Assembly: GCA_043228905.1 (NCBI GenBank) | Contig: JBHGNT010000017.1 | Coordinates: forward strand, 7,130,001 to 7,194,000 | Length of the DNA stretch: 64,000 nucleotides | Direction: 5' to 3' | From: Azolla caroliniana | Lineage: Eukaryota > Plantae > Polypodiophyta | Shown here: one piece after another, positions 48,997 through 61,376 of the stretch | Position numbering within the stretch: the stretch's first letter is position 1 | How the letters are laid out: every line of letters begins with the position of its first letter | Position numbers and translations under genes: made by a program | The notes under the pieces: model-generated | Told to the model about the DNA's origin: nothing | The model's database searches: none | The model's input: the letters and a program-made list of their open reading frames with translations, nothing else

Positions 48997-51900
48997 CCGT
49001 AGCCGGAAATCTTCACGACAACGGAATTTTTCGTTTGTCATGGCAATGGCTTTCTGTACACCGAGTGTACTCATAATAGGTACATCAAATCCACCGAGCT
49101 CACTGTCGTGCAAGTGAGCTAATTCATCTTCATATTCCTGCATTTTTGCCTTTCCTTTTTCCAATTTCGGACTTGGCCATGACATGCTTTGCTCGCTTGG
49201 AGTCTCCTGTGGTCCACTCAATCTGGTTGAGATCGAACTCTCCTCGAGTATTGACCTTAGCTGATCATTGTCCTCTGTGTCGTCAAGGTCAGTTGAAAAT
49301 GGTTCGGGAGGTGTCGGCCCATGTTCGTACCGACTTACGTGAACCTTCCGAGTAGAGGGGTTGAAGCATTTGTGCCCCTTTTGCTCCAGTGAGTATCCTA
49401 CGAGGATACATTTCTCTGACTTGGGATCTAGTTTTTGCCGCTTATCGTCGAGGATGTGCATGTATGCAATAGAACCAAATATCCTTACATGGGATCGATC
49501 TAGCTTCTTTCCATAGTACTTCTCGTGAGGGGTAAGTTCGTGCATGTCGAATGTCGTACATCAGTTCATTAGATAGATGGCTATTTATGTTGCTTTGGTC
49601 TAATAAGACTTCGGCATGTGCTTTTTGCTCAGCATGGCCCCTACTACTTCGAGGATGTGTTGATTCTTTCATTGAGCTACTCCGTTCTATTGTGGTGTAT
49701 GTTGACACGAAAATTCTCGTCAGATTCCTTCTTGTTGAAGGTATCCTGTGAATGCATCGGAGAAGTATTCCTGCTGCTTTGGTCTAATAAGACTTCGACA
49801 TGTGCTTTTTGCTCAACATGGCCCCTACTACTTCGAGGATGTGTTGATTCTTTCATTGAGCTACTCTGTTCTATTGTGGTGTATGTTGACACGAAAATTC
49901 TCATCGGATTCCTTCTTGTCGAATGTATCCCGTGAATTCATCGGAGAAGTATTCCTTACCAGATCCATCTAACCGAAGATGTCGTACATGACGACCGGTT
50001 GTCTTTTCGACTTTGCTTTTGAATTTTTGGAAGTGTGAGAACACATCACTCTTTTGTCTCATGTGGATGATCCAGGTGTGTCTAGAAAAGTCATTGATGA
50101 ATGTGGCATAGTATCGGCATCCTCCAAATGTTGCCATCTAAGTTGGACCCCCACACATCTAAGTGGATTATGTCTAGGCGGCCTTAAATGCTTACATTTC
50201 TTTCTTTCGGAAATGGTTGTCGATGTTGTTTGCTAAATTGAGAGGCCGCACATTCGCCTTCAATCTCCTTTTCCTTGAACGTCGGAAATCCGATAATAAC
50301 TCCTTTCGATTGCATGCCCTTGAGTTTGTTGAGATTGATATGGCCAATTCTTTTGTGCAATAGCTCTATGTCTGTATCGGCTTTGGTGCCTTTTGCAAAT
50401 ATGGCTGATTTCATCTCGTGCGAATCAAGAATGAACATTTGGCCCTCTCTTCGTCCATGAGCGATGAGGCGCCCTCTTTCTCAATGAAGCAACTTGCATG
50501 GTTGAAACGGACTTGCATGCCTTGCTCCACAATTTGGCCGACTAAGACCAAATTCTTCGTGATGGTTGGTACATGCAAGACATTCTTAATGTATGTTTGG
50601 TTGCCTTCTTTGTTGAATGGGACATTGCCAATGTGTCGAATCGGATGAGTAGTGTTGTCTCTGGTCTCGACATATCCAAGTCAATCTCGCTCTCATTGGT
50701 CCCAAAACCATTCTTGATGAGATGTCATATGGTTTGAGGCTCCGGAGTCGACAAACCATACTTCTTCCGGATTGGAAGTACTAATCGGAGTATCTGAGGC
50801 CGACATAGAATTTGCTCTATGTCTCATCATGAACATTTTACCATGGTCATCATAGTTGAACTTGGTGGAGTAATTGGTGAGTTTTCGGCTTGTGGAAGCT
50901 GACTCACATTTCTTCTTTTGGCACTCTTCTTTGTTGTGGCCGATTTTACCGCAATATACGTATTTGATTGCGTTTTTTTGTCGACTTGGACCGGCATGCA
51001 AGCTCCCCCTTCTTCCAAATGTTCCTCAATTGTTTCCGTTTACTTACCGAAATTGGGAGTTGTTTTCATAGGTCGGACCCCGTCTGCCTCGTCCTTGGCC
51101 GAATTGGCCTCTTCTTGCTCGACCGCATCCTCTTCCTTCGTTCGAGTGTGTGTAGAGCATTTGACCTTCCGAGGTGTTGGTCTTGGTTTGAACATGGTTT
51201 TCTTCAACCAATAACATTGATTGAAGATCGAAGAAAGAGGGAGGATTCTCCCTTGCTAGAATAGTCGTTCTCATCGCGTTGAACCATGGTGTGAGGCCGC
51301 CTAGGCATATTTGCACCATCTCATCATACTCCACGTTGACACTTATTGAGTTGAGTGAGTCACAAAGCTCCTTGATCTTCAAGGTGTAGCTTGTGATGGA
51401 CATATCCCTTTGTTGGATATTGTTCAACTCTTCATGGAGTTGAAGCTTTCGTGTCGTCGTATTGATGACGAATATCTTCTTGAGATTCTCCCAAGCTTCT
51501 TTCAGCGTCTTGGCTTCCCGAATGTAGCCAAGCATGTGGTTATGGACACATGTCGCCAAACAGTACATCACTCGACTTGCAGCTTGCCTCCAAATTGAGT
51601 ATTTGGGATCCGTTGGGTAGGGTTTATTTCCTTGTGCTCCTTTGATGTAGCTCCAATAACCTTAACCGACAAGGTATTGGTGCATCTTGTACTCCCAAGA
51701 TGCAAAGTTGTTTTAGTCTAACTTCTCGATGGGAAGAGCTTCCCATTTGAGCATTCATGGCGGTCGATGTAGATTTCTTCCTTCTTCTTCTCTCTTGGAC
51801 ACAAGCTATGTAGCAACACTATGATAATGATGAGCTGGTTTTCCTTGAATTGCCGGCATAGACACAACACACGAGGATGGGCTAGATCGAGCTACCAAAT

Positions 51901-54774
51901 TGCATTAATACCATGTAAACAATAGAGTGTGATTCTATGCAGCGGAATAGATTAAGGATTTTTGTTTTGTGTGTGTGTGTGTGTGTGTGTGTGTAAAGAG
52001 GAAAGATGAAGAGAGAAACACAAGATAGATAGATAGGAAAAATGAAATAGTCAAGAAGATGTATGTATTATGAAGTGGAGAACAACTACAACAATATGAA
52101 TATTACAAAGGAGATTAACCGACTCATTAAAAAGTAGGAGGGTGCTTTATATAAGGTCATCCTCTCTCTATATTCTCTTACTAAAATGCCCACTCTCTCT
52201 CTAGAACCCTGGGGAATGTGGAAACTTATTAGTTATGGGGAATATGACCTCGTTAGTTATGACATGTCATAGAATATGATTCTATGACACATAGTTAATG
52301 TGTAGAAAGAGTGGTGACCTTTGACCTTTGAGTGCTCATAGATTCGCAAAAGTTGTGTTCACACACTAGACTAGGTTAAGCTTGATTCTCAACGCCCAAT
52401 ATTCCTCAATATGAATCACTAGCCTTTTGTTGCTTATTGTTTGAGCACTTCATGTGTCGGCAACGAACAGTAAGTCTCTAAGAAAGATAAACTAGAAATG
52501 CATTATGTGGAAAACAGAAAAATAGTAAATTGATAGAGAATAAAATAGAACCCAAGTTTACGTAGAAACCCTAAACAAGGGGAAAACCACGAGCAACAAA
52601 TCTTCACTATAAACAGGAAAGAAAAACATATTACAAATCTCTGTAATCAGAGAATACCCATAATTTTAGGGTTTTTGGCTAGTTCCACTAAACTAACCTC
52701 TCTCTATCTCTCATGCACTCTCATGTCTCATCCTACTCTCTGTCGCTCTCAAACTTCTGCACACACTACAAAAGCTCTACTACACTCTTTTTCACTCTCT
52801 ACATCATAACGGTTGCCCTAGGTGTATTTATACTGATACATAGTATGGGTTATTTATAAATGTAGTTGTTATTATTATTATATATAATGTATATAATAAT
52901 TAATCGACCCGACTTGACGGCCTTGCCTTCATCTTGAAGCATCCATCCAATGGAGTCGACTCTCTATCTCCTTCAAAAAAAAAATTGTCAGCCATGTCGA
53001 CTGTTGGTCGATTCGACCAACCATCCTGTATTCAACTTGTCGATTCGACTACCGACTTCTTCCTTCCAGTTCGACTACCGACTTCTCCCATAGGAGGGAT
53101 AAATTCCTAACAAACTCCCCCTTCACTCCTATGGGCAAAGTCAACTAGTCCTATCTTTTGTCGACAAACTCTGAGTCTGTCCATAGGTAGTGGTTTTGTA
53201 AGCATGTTGAATCTATTATCATCAATATGGATCTTCACAAGGGTAAACTCACCCTCATTCACCTTCTCTCGCAACCAGTGATACCTTCTCTGTATGTCCT
53301 TGATCCAAGAGTGGTACACAGTGTTCTTGGCTAGGTGTATGTCACTCTGATTATCATAATGGAGTAGGAATCTCTCTTGCATCATTCCTAGTTCACTAAG
53401 AAAATTCTTCATCCATATCAACTCCTTCCCAGCCTCTACCGCAACCATATATTCTACCTCTGTAGTTGACAAAGTCACAACCTTCTGCGGTCTCAATTGC
53501 CACGACACTACTCCCCCTACATAATTCATCACATAACCTGATGTGGATTGGCTTGAGTCTACGTCCCCTGACATGTCTGAATCGGTAAAACCTTTGAGCA
53601 TAGGTTTTCCGAAACTATACCTAAGGCACACCCTTGAGGTGCCTTTCAAGTACCTGAGTATCGTCCAGTGTTCTCGACCTAGATTACTCATGTATCGGCT
53701 CACCGTTCCGACTGCAAATGCTATGTCTGGTCTCATACAGACCATAGCATACATTAAACTGCCGATGAACGAGGCATATAGTACTTTCCTCATCTCGGCC
53801 TTGTCCTTCTCCCCTTTTGGACATTGTTTAGCATTCAACTTGCAATTTGTCGGCAATGCAAATGCGACTGGCTTTGCTTCCAACATGGTAAATCTTTCCA
53901 AGATCTTTGTCACATAATTTTGTTGTGACAACCATATCACGTTCCTAGTTCTGTCATGAACTATGTGCATTCCCAATATTTGCTTTGCTAGTCCAAGATC
54001 TTTCATGGAAAATGACTTGCCTAGCGCTTTCTTCAAGCTCGCGATCTTCTTGGTGTTTTGTCCAACCACTAACATGTCGTCAACATATAGCAAGAGAATC
54101 AAGAAGTTGCCTTCATCATACCTTTTGACAAACACACAGTGATCAACTTGTGTTTTATGGAACCCATGTTCCAACATGAAGGATTCAAACTTCTTGTACC
54201 ATTGGCGTGGGGCTTGTTTCATGCCATACAAGCGTTTCCTTAGTCAACACACCAAATTCTCTTTCCCTTTCTCCACAAAGCTTTCGGGTTGCTGCATATA
54301 GATCTCTTCTTCTGATTCCCCATGCAAGAATGTTGTCTTGACATCCAATTGCTCAATCTCCAAATTCATACTGGCAGCAATACCTAGCACTATTCGAATG
54401 GATGTCATCTTTACAACTGGTGCGAAGATCACATCAAAATCGACCCCTTTCTTCTGCTAAAACCCCTTTACTATGATTTGGGCCTTGTATCTGGGTGAGT
54501 TTCCATCTTCCCCATTTTTCAGCTTGAAGACCCATTTGTTTCTCAAGGCTCTCTTACCTTTCGGTAGTTCCACCAAGTCATAAGTGTAGTTTTCATGCAA
54601 GGAGTCCATCTCGTCTTGCATTGCACTCTGCCATTTCTCCTTGCACTTGTCTTCCATGGCCTCATCTTCATCAATCAATAAAAAATATTGATTCGTGCAT
54701 CGTGAAGGTGCTCTCCTTGTCCTAAATGGGTATCGTCCACTTCCCATTGTTGACTCATGTTCAGATGTGTTTGC

Positions 54775-55129
54775 TGTCACGGATCATAAGCTCAAGAGAC
54801 AAGCAAGAAGATAACCAAATGGACAAGAAAGAAGATAGTATTAAAGGAAAGACTACATAACTGGTGTTGTTCACCTTGAATTCCTTCAAGGTGAACTCCT
54901 CTATTTATACTACATGGCATGCATACTTGTTTGCACGCATGTGAATCTACAATAGAGCATGTAGGTATGCATGCATGTGCCAAGTGTAAATACTACAAGG
55001 GAGCAACTATGCACATGATGCTAGCAAAATAATAAGGATCAATTACATACATAACAATGTACTAGATATCTTGGTTAACTCATAATACTAGATTATAACT
55101 ATGTCGTGTCAAGAGTTAGAATCTTGACA
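54775..55129 (-). mobile_element. Solo LTR (355 bp)
   Basis: TGTCA...TGACA; perfect TSD TTTGC (54770-54774, 55130-55134); TATAAATA on the minus strand. Confidence 0.9.
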
Positions 55130-56050
55130 TTTGCCAACTCTTCATTCGGCTCGGGTTCATGCAAGTCGATCGGTTGTTGAAAATCAACCGACTCCGACTC
55201 GTATGCCTCAATTGACTTCTATAAGTTAGCCGACTCTAACTCATATGTATCAGTCGGTTGCTCCAAGTAGACCAACTCGTATTCAGTTGTTCCGACTAGC
55301 TATCTCCTACCAGTCGACTGTGTAGAGTCGATTGTAGTAGGAGTCGACTGGGAAGCGGGTTCCCACTTCTGTTGTTTCCATTCCTCAATTGTCTTGTCTT
55401 CCAAGAACAAAATGTCCCGACTTCTCACCACCTTCGTGTTGAGTAAGTCTCACAGCCTGTAGCCAAATTCATCCTCTTAGACCCAAGAATATGCATGGTT
55501 TTGACTTGTTGTCGAGTGTCGATCTCTCATCCTTTGCTACATGCATATATGCCAGACATCCGAACACCTTCAAGTGTTGATAGAAGACATCTTTACCTGT
55601 CCACACCCTCTGTGGGACATCACCTTTCAAGGGTACTTAGGGAGACCTATTGATTAGATAAATAGCCATGTAGATTGCCTCAACCCAATACGATTTCGGC
55701 AGCTTTGCATGCGACAACATGCTCCTCACTCTTTCCATGATAGTTTGATTCATCCTCTCTACAAGCCCATTCAACTGAGGGGTCTTGGGCGTTGTATATT
55801 CGAGTCAAATACCTTGGGACTTCCAATAATCTTCGAACTGACCGTTGTACTCGCCACCATTGTCAATTCGGACAACCTTCAACTTCCGACCTGACTCTCT
55901 TTCAGTTATGGCCTAGAACTCTTTGAAGAACGATGGTACTTGGTTCGTCAACTTTAGTACGAAAGCCCACAACTTTCGACTGTAGTCATCAATGAACGTT
56001 ACGAAGTACTTTCCACCACGATGCGATGGAGCATCCACGTGCACACGTCT

Positions 56051-59000
56051 TGTCGGGATTACGGTCCCTTCGGATGGGATGGTCGGACGTCGGAGATGAA
56101 TGCCGACAAGCCCGGTTTCGGTTTCGGAACCGGATGATGAAGACCCCGACTTCGGAGCCGGATGACGAATGTACCCGGAGAGCGATCCGAATGCAGGGAC
56201 ATATCCGTGAATATGTTTGCTAAGGGCCCCTGAGGCTATAGTTGTAAATAGCCCCAAAGTCATATATGTATAAATATGACTTAGGGCAAACTGTTTTGAG
56301 CTGCTAATCATTTTTCTGTTTTTCCACTCAAGAGGAGTGAAGAGGGAGCAGGCGCGAGAGAGAGAGATAGAGCGTGAGAGAGGAAGAGGACGACGCCTCT
56401 TTGTATTTCCGCCTCCTGTGGCGAGGACAGCGAGCTCAAGGTTGTCGCCTTGCAGCTCGCCATTGTATACTTCTCTGTATAGTGTTGGTTTGGAGTCTTG
56501 TACTCCCGTGGTTTTTCCCGTCTAGGGTTTTCCACGTTAATCCCTGTGTGTTCGCGTTTTGTTTCTCCTTGTGGTTCCTATTTTCTGCTGCATTGATTCG
56601 CGATTACTCGGTTGTGGCCGAGCGGTGAAGGTGAATCGAAGCGTCGATTCCCAACAATCTGGTATCAGAGCGAACTGCTGCAGAAAATGGAAGGCGGCGG
56701 CAGCGGGCAGCCGGGGATGATGGTGCTGAATGCGCAGAATTACGCCGACTGGAAGATCAAGATGGAGGATCTTCTGATTGTTCGGGACCTGTACGAACCG
56801 ATTGACAGGTCGGAAATACCGAAGGGGGTACTTGAGTCGGAGTGGAAGCTCCTGAACCGGAAAGCCGTAGCGACGATCCGACAATATGTCGATGTAAGCG
56901 TCCTACAACATGTGGCGAACGACACCAACGCATATGAGATGTGGAAGAAGCTGTCGGGCCTCTACGAGAGGAAGAATGCGTTGAACCGGACCTCCCTGAT
57001 GAGGAAGATAGTGAATCTCAAGTACCGGGACGGCGAGAGTATGGTGGAACACGTAAGCACGTTCATGGGATTCGTGAATCAGCTTGCGGCGATCAAGTTC
57101 CCGTTGGAGGATGCAATGCAAGCCATCATCCTGATGTGTACATTGCCGGAAAGCTGGGAGAACTTGGTGGTGACTCTCAGCACCTCCTGCACCGAAGATA
57201 ACTTGTCCTTACAAACGGTAAAGACAAGTATTTTGAACGAAGAAGCGCGTCGGAGAGATAAAGAACCGGCCTCCGACTCGAAGGCGCTGCTTACCGAATC
57301 GGATCGGGGAAGACAATGGAACCGGAGTCCGCAAAGACGGGAGAAGTCGGGGACCCGGTCGCAGTCAAGGGGAAGGCCCACATGCTTCCACTGTGGGAAG
57401 CCGGGGCACTTCCGAAAGAATTGTCGGCATTACCGAAAAGACAACGGAGCCGACGACACCGATTCGAAGAAGTCACCGGAGAGAAACGGTGCATACCGGG
57501 GAGCCACGGACCGGAGAGGTTCGGATCGGCGAGGGCAGGACCGGAAAGGAACAACGGCACTCGCGGCAAGTGAGGAAGAAATCATGCTCATCACTGAAGA
57601 AGGTGAACTAAACATTGCCGGCGATGAGACGACCTGGGTGGTCGATTCCGGAGCATCGTTCCACCTGACCCCGGAGAGAAGATACTTCTCATCCTACACA
57701 GCCGGTGAGCATGGCTGTGTTCGGATGGGGAATGAAGGTACGTGCCGGATTGCCGGCATAGGAGACGTGTGGTTGACAACCCTGACCGGATGCAAAATGC
57801 TGCTGAAGGATGTCCGACACGTTCCGGAGGTTCGATTGAACCTGATTTCGGCCGGGAAGCTAGACGATGAAGGCTACACAGGTAGCATCCGGAACGGCGT
57901 AATGAAGTTCAGCAAGGGGAGCCTGATAGTGGCTCGGGCCCGGAAAGACAACACACTGTACCTGATGAATGCCCGGTTATGTCCGGAAGAGCTGAATGTG
58001 GTAGCCGACACTGCCGGTGAGCTGTGGCACAAAAGACTGTGCCACATGAGTGAGAAGGGGATGAAGAGGCTTGCAGAAGACAACCTTATTCCAGTGAAGC
58101 ATGTGCACCTGGAGAAGTGCACCGATTGCCTGGCCGGTAAGCAGAACCGAACCTCCTTCCACTCAAGGCCACCGACGAGACGTAGCGCACCATTGGAGTT
58201 GGTGCACACTGATGTGTGTCAGGTAGAAACGAAGTCACATGGCGGAGCCCAGTACTTCGTAACATTCATTGATGATCACAGCCGGAAGCTGTGGACGGCA
58301 CCGTTGAAGACAAAGGACCAAGTGTTGTGCGTCTTCAAGGAACTCCACGCGAGAGTGGAAAGGGAATCCGGCAAGAAGCTGAAAGCGATACGAGCGGATA
58401 ACGGAGGGGAATACCGGGGGCAGTTCCAGGAGTACTGTCGCTCGAAGGGAATCCGACTCGAGTTTACTGTGCCGAAGACGCCGGAACTGAACGGGCTGGC
58501 CGAGAGGATGAACCGGACCATAATGGAGAGGGTCCGGAGTATGCTGGCACATGCGAAATTACCCAAGGGGTTTTGGGCTGAGGCAATGTCGACGGCGACA
58601 TACGTGATAAACAGATCACCCTCAGTACCTTTGGACGGAGACACGCCGCAGAAAGTGTGGACCGGTAAGGAAGTGTCCTACCGGCATCTGAAGGTGTTCG
58701 GGTGTCTCGCATACGTGCATGTGGCAAAGGACCGGAGAGGAAAGCTAGATCCAAAGACCCGGCCATGCATATTCCTCGGTTACGGCGACGACGAGTTCGG
58801 CTACCGAGTATGGGACCCGGTCGACAAGAAGATATTCAGGAGTCGAGACATCATCTTCATGGAGGACAAGACACTCGCCGACAGGGAGTCGGAGAAGAAG
58901 ATGAAGAGCTCCAAGTCGACCGGTGAGGATCAACTCTACGAGGAGCAGTCCCGACCGGCAAGGGACCGGTTAGCACTCGAGGATCCGGCCGAAGACGGTG

Positions 59001-61376
59001 AAGAAACAGAACCGGCCGAAGAAGATGAAAATGATACCGGAACCGGCCCCGATCCCGAAATGGATTCGGATGAAGAAGAATCGGAAGAACCGATTACCGA
59101 AGCTCCGGAACGGAGATATCCTCTAAGAGAGAGAAGGGCCCCCCGGAGATTTCCGGAACCAGAGCACGTGCTGCTAACCGACGAGGGGGAGCCGGAGAGC
59201 TTTGAAGAAGCAAAACATGACACCCAGAGCCGCAGGTGGTTGAGTGCCATGCAGGACGAGATGGATTCCCTGCATGAGAACCACACATATGAACTTGTGG
59301 AGTTGCCGAAAGGAAAGCGGGCACTTCGAAACAAGTGGGTGTTCAAGCTGAAACCGGGAGATGCCAGAAACCCCCCGAGATACAAAGCCAGGATCGTGGT
59401 GAAGGGGTTTCAGCAGAAGAAGGGCGTCGACTTCGACGAGATATTTGCCCCGGTAGTGAAGATGACCTCCATCCGGACGGTGCTGAGCATAGCGGCAAGC
59501 ATGGACCTCGAGGTAGAACAGATGGACGTGAAGACGGCATTCCTTCACGGTGACCTCGATGAAGAGATCTACATGCAGCAACCGGAAGGATTCGAGAAGA
59601 AAGGGAAGGAGCACCTGGTATGCCGGTTGAAGAAGAGCCTTTACGGACTGAAGCAGGCTCCCCGGCAATGGTACCGGAAGTTCGACTCCTTCATGACCGA
59701 CGAAGGGTACCTCAAAACGCAGTCCGACCACTGCGTGTTTGTGAAGAAGTTCGAAGGAGGAGACTTTCTAATACTCCTCCTGTACGTGGACGACATGTTG
59801 ATCGTCGGACGGGACCAGGTCAAGATACGGATGCTGAAGAAGGCTCTTCACCGAACCTTCTCAATGAAGGACCTGGGTCCGGCGAGGCAAATACTAGGGA
59901 TGCACATCATCCGGGACCGGAAGAAGAAGCAGTTGTGGCTGTCACAGGAGAAGTACGTGACGAAGCTGCTTCACCGGTTCAACATGTCGGAAGCAAGACC
60001 GGTCGGATCGACCCTCCCGGCAAACTGCAAGCTGTCCAGCAAGCAAAGTCCCAAGACAAAGGCTGAAAAGGAGGATATGATGAAAGTGCCGTATGCCTCA
60101 GCCGTCGGGAGCTTGATGTACGCCATGGTGTGTACGAGACCGGACATAGGATATGCAGTCGGAGTGGTGAGCCGGTACATGAGCAATCCCGGCAAAGAGC
60201 ATTGGAACGCGGCCAAGTGGATACTCCGATACCTGAAGGGCACGGCAAACGTGTGCCTCCGATTCGGCTCCGGTAAGCCCGAACTCGACGGCTTCACCGA
60301 TTCGGATATGTCGGCTGATGCAGATACCAGCCGGTCCACATCAGGGTATGTGATGACGTATGCAGGGGGAGCTGTTTCGTGGCAGTCGAGGCTGCAGAAG
60401 ACGGTTGCGTTGTCAACCACGGAGGCGGAGTACATGGCAGCTGTTGAAGCCGGCAAGGAAATAATATGGATGAAGGACTTCATTAGAGAGCTTGGTATCC
60501 GGCAGGAGGAGTACCGACTCTACTGCGACAGTCAGAGTGCAATCCACCTTGCGAAGAACGCGGCCTATCACTCCCGGACGAAGCACATCCAGCGAAGATA
60601 TCACTGGATCCGGGAAAGGATAGAAGACAAGGAGTTCGTGCTGACAAAGATCCACACGGACGAGAACGGGTCGGATATGCTGACCAAGGTGCTCACACCC
60701 GACAAGCTGGAAGCATGCCGGAAGAGGATCGGATTGGAAAGACATCCCATGCCGAAGTGAAGGGGGAGTTTGTCGGGATTACGGTCCCTTCGGATGGGAT
60801 GGTCGGACGTCGGAGATGAATGCCGACAAGCCCGGTTTCGGTTTCGGAACCGGATGATGAAGACCCCGACTTCGGAGCCGGATGACGAATGTACCCGGAG
60901 AGCGATCCGAATGCAGGGACATATCCGTGAATATGTTTGCTAAGGGCCCCTGAGGCTATAGTTGTAAATAGCCCCAAAGTCATATATGTATAAATATGAC
61001 TTAGGGCAAACTGTTTTGAGCTGCTAATCATTTTTCTGTTTTTCCACTCAAGAGGAGTGAAGAGGGAGCAGGCGCGAGAGAGAGAGATAGAGCGTGAGAG
61101 AGGAAGAGGACGACGCCTCTTTGTATTTCCGCCTCCTGTGGCGAGGACAGCGAGCTCAAGGTTGTCGCCTTGCAGCTCGCCATTGTATACTTCTCTGTAT
61201 AGTGTTGGTTTGGAGTCTTGTACTCCCGTGGTTTTTCCCGTCTAGGGTTTTCCACGTTAATCCCTGTGTGTTCGCGTTTTGTTTCTCCTTGTGGTTCCTA
61301 TTTTCTGCTGCATTGATTCGCGATTACTCGGTTGTGGCCGAGCGGTGAAGGTGAATCGAAGCGTCGATTCCCAACA
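56051..61376 (+). mobile_element. Intact, very young Ty1/copia element 'D'
   Basis: Two 606-bp LTRs (56051-56656, 60771-61376) with no difference seen by eye; TSD CGTCT; PBS TGGTATCAGAGC 56660-56671; PPT 60755-60768. Confidence 0.98.
56687..60760 (+). CDS. Gag-Pol polyprotein, 1357 aa (gag, zinc knuckle, PR, INT, RT, RNase H)
   Basis: Uninterrupted ORF from the first ATG after the PBS; DSGAS, HHCC, D-D-E (HTD, ADN, AER), YVDD and TDSD...AEY...CDS are all present. Confidence 0.96.
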   Translation: MEGGGSGQPGMMVLNAQNYADWKIKMEDLLIVRDLYEPIDRSEIPKGVLESEWKLLNRKAVATIRQYVDVSVLQHVANDTNAYEMWKKLSGLYERKNALNRTSLMRKIVNLKYRDGESMVEHVSTFMGFVNQLAAIKFPLEDAMQAIILMCTLPESWENLVVTLSTSCTEDNLSLQTVKTSILNEEARRRDKEPASDSKALLTESDRGRQWNRSPQRREKSGTRSQSRGRPTCFHCGKPGHFRKNCRHYRKDNGADDTDSKKSPERNGAYRGATDRRGSDRRGQDRKGTTALAASEEEIMLITEEGELNIAGDETTWVVDSGASFHLTPERRYFSSYTAGEHGCVRMGNEGTCRIAGIGDVWLTTLTGCKMLLKDVRHVPEVRLNLISAGKLDDEGYTGSIRNGVMKFSKGSLIVARARKDNTLYLMNARLCPEELNVVADTAGELWHKRLCHMSEKGMKRLAEDNLIPVKHVHLEKCTDCLAGKQNRTSFHSRPPTRRSAPLELVHTDVCQVETKSHGGAQYFVTFIDDHSRKLWTAPLKTKDQVLCVFKELHARVERESGKKLKAIRADNGGEYRGQFQEYCRSKGIRLEFTVPKTPELNGLAERMNRTIMERVRSMLAHAKLPKGFWAEAMSTATYVINRSPSVPLDGDTPQKVWTGKEVSYRHLKVFGCLAYVHVAKDRRGKLDPKTRPCIFLGYGDDEFGYRVWDPVDKKIFRSRDIIFMEDKTLADRESEKKMKSSKSTGEDQLYEEQSRPARDRLALEDPAEDGEETEPAEEDENDTGTGPDPEMDSDEEESEEPITEAPERRYPLRERRAPRRFPEPEHVLLTDEGEPESFEEAKHDTQSRRWLSAMQDEMDSLHENHTYELVELPKGKRALRNKWVFKLKPGDARNPPRYKARIVVKGFQQKKGVDFDEIFAPVVKMTSIRTVLSIAASMDLEVEQMDVKTAFLHGDLDEEIYMQQPEGFEKKGKEHLVCRLKKSLYGLKQAPRQWYRKFDSFMTDEGYLKTQSDHCVFVKKFEGGDFLILLLYVDDMLIVGRDQVKIRMLKKALHRTFSMKDLGPARQILGMHIIRDRKKKQLWLSQEKYVTKLLHRFNMSEARPVGSTLPANCKLSSKQSPKTKAEKEDMMKVPYASAVGSLMYAMVCTRPDIGYAVGVVSRYMSNPGKEHWNAAKWILRYLKGTANVCLRFGSGKPELDGFTDSDMSADADTSRSTSGYVMTYAGGAVSWQSRLQKTVALSTTEAEYMAAVEAGKEIIWMKDFIRELGIRQEEYRLYCDSQSAIHLAKNAAYHSRTKHIQRRYHWIRERIEDKEFVLTKIHTDENGSDMLTKVLTPDKLEACRKRIGLERHPMPK

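Larger units (their letters stand above)
36995..52394 (-). mobile_element. Copia 'H', host of J, the chromovirus derivative and a solo LTR
   Basis: 3' LTR 36995-37178 plus 43414-43701; PPT after 43701; 5' LTR 51914-52394; degenerate PBS 51904-51913; gag-pol remnants 43910-51750; no matching TSD seen. Confidence 0.85.

Noticed and set aside
56612-56686. N-terminal 25 aa of the 1382-aa ORF call
   Set aside because: It starts at a non-ATG codon within the LTR and crosses the PBS; homology with E gag supports ATG 56687.
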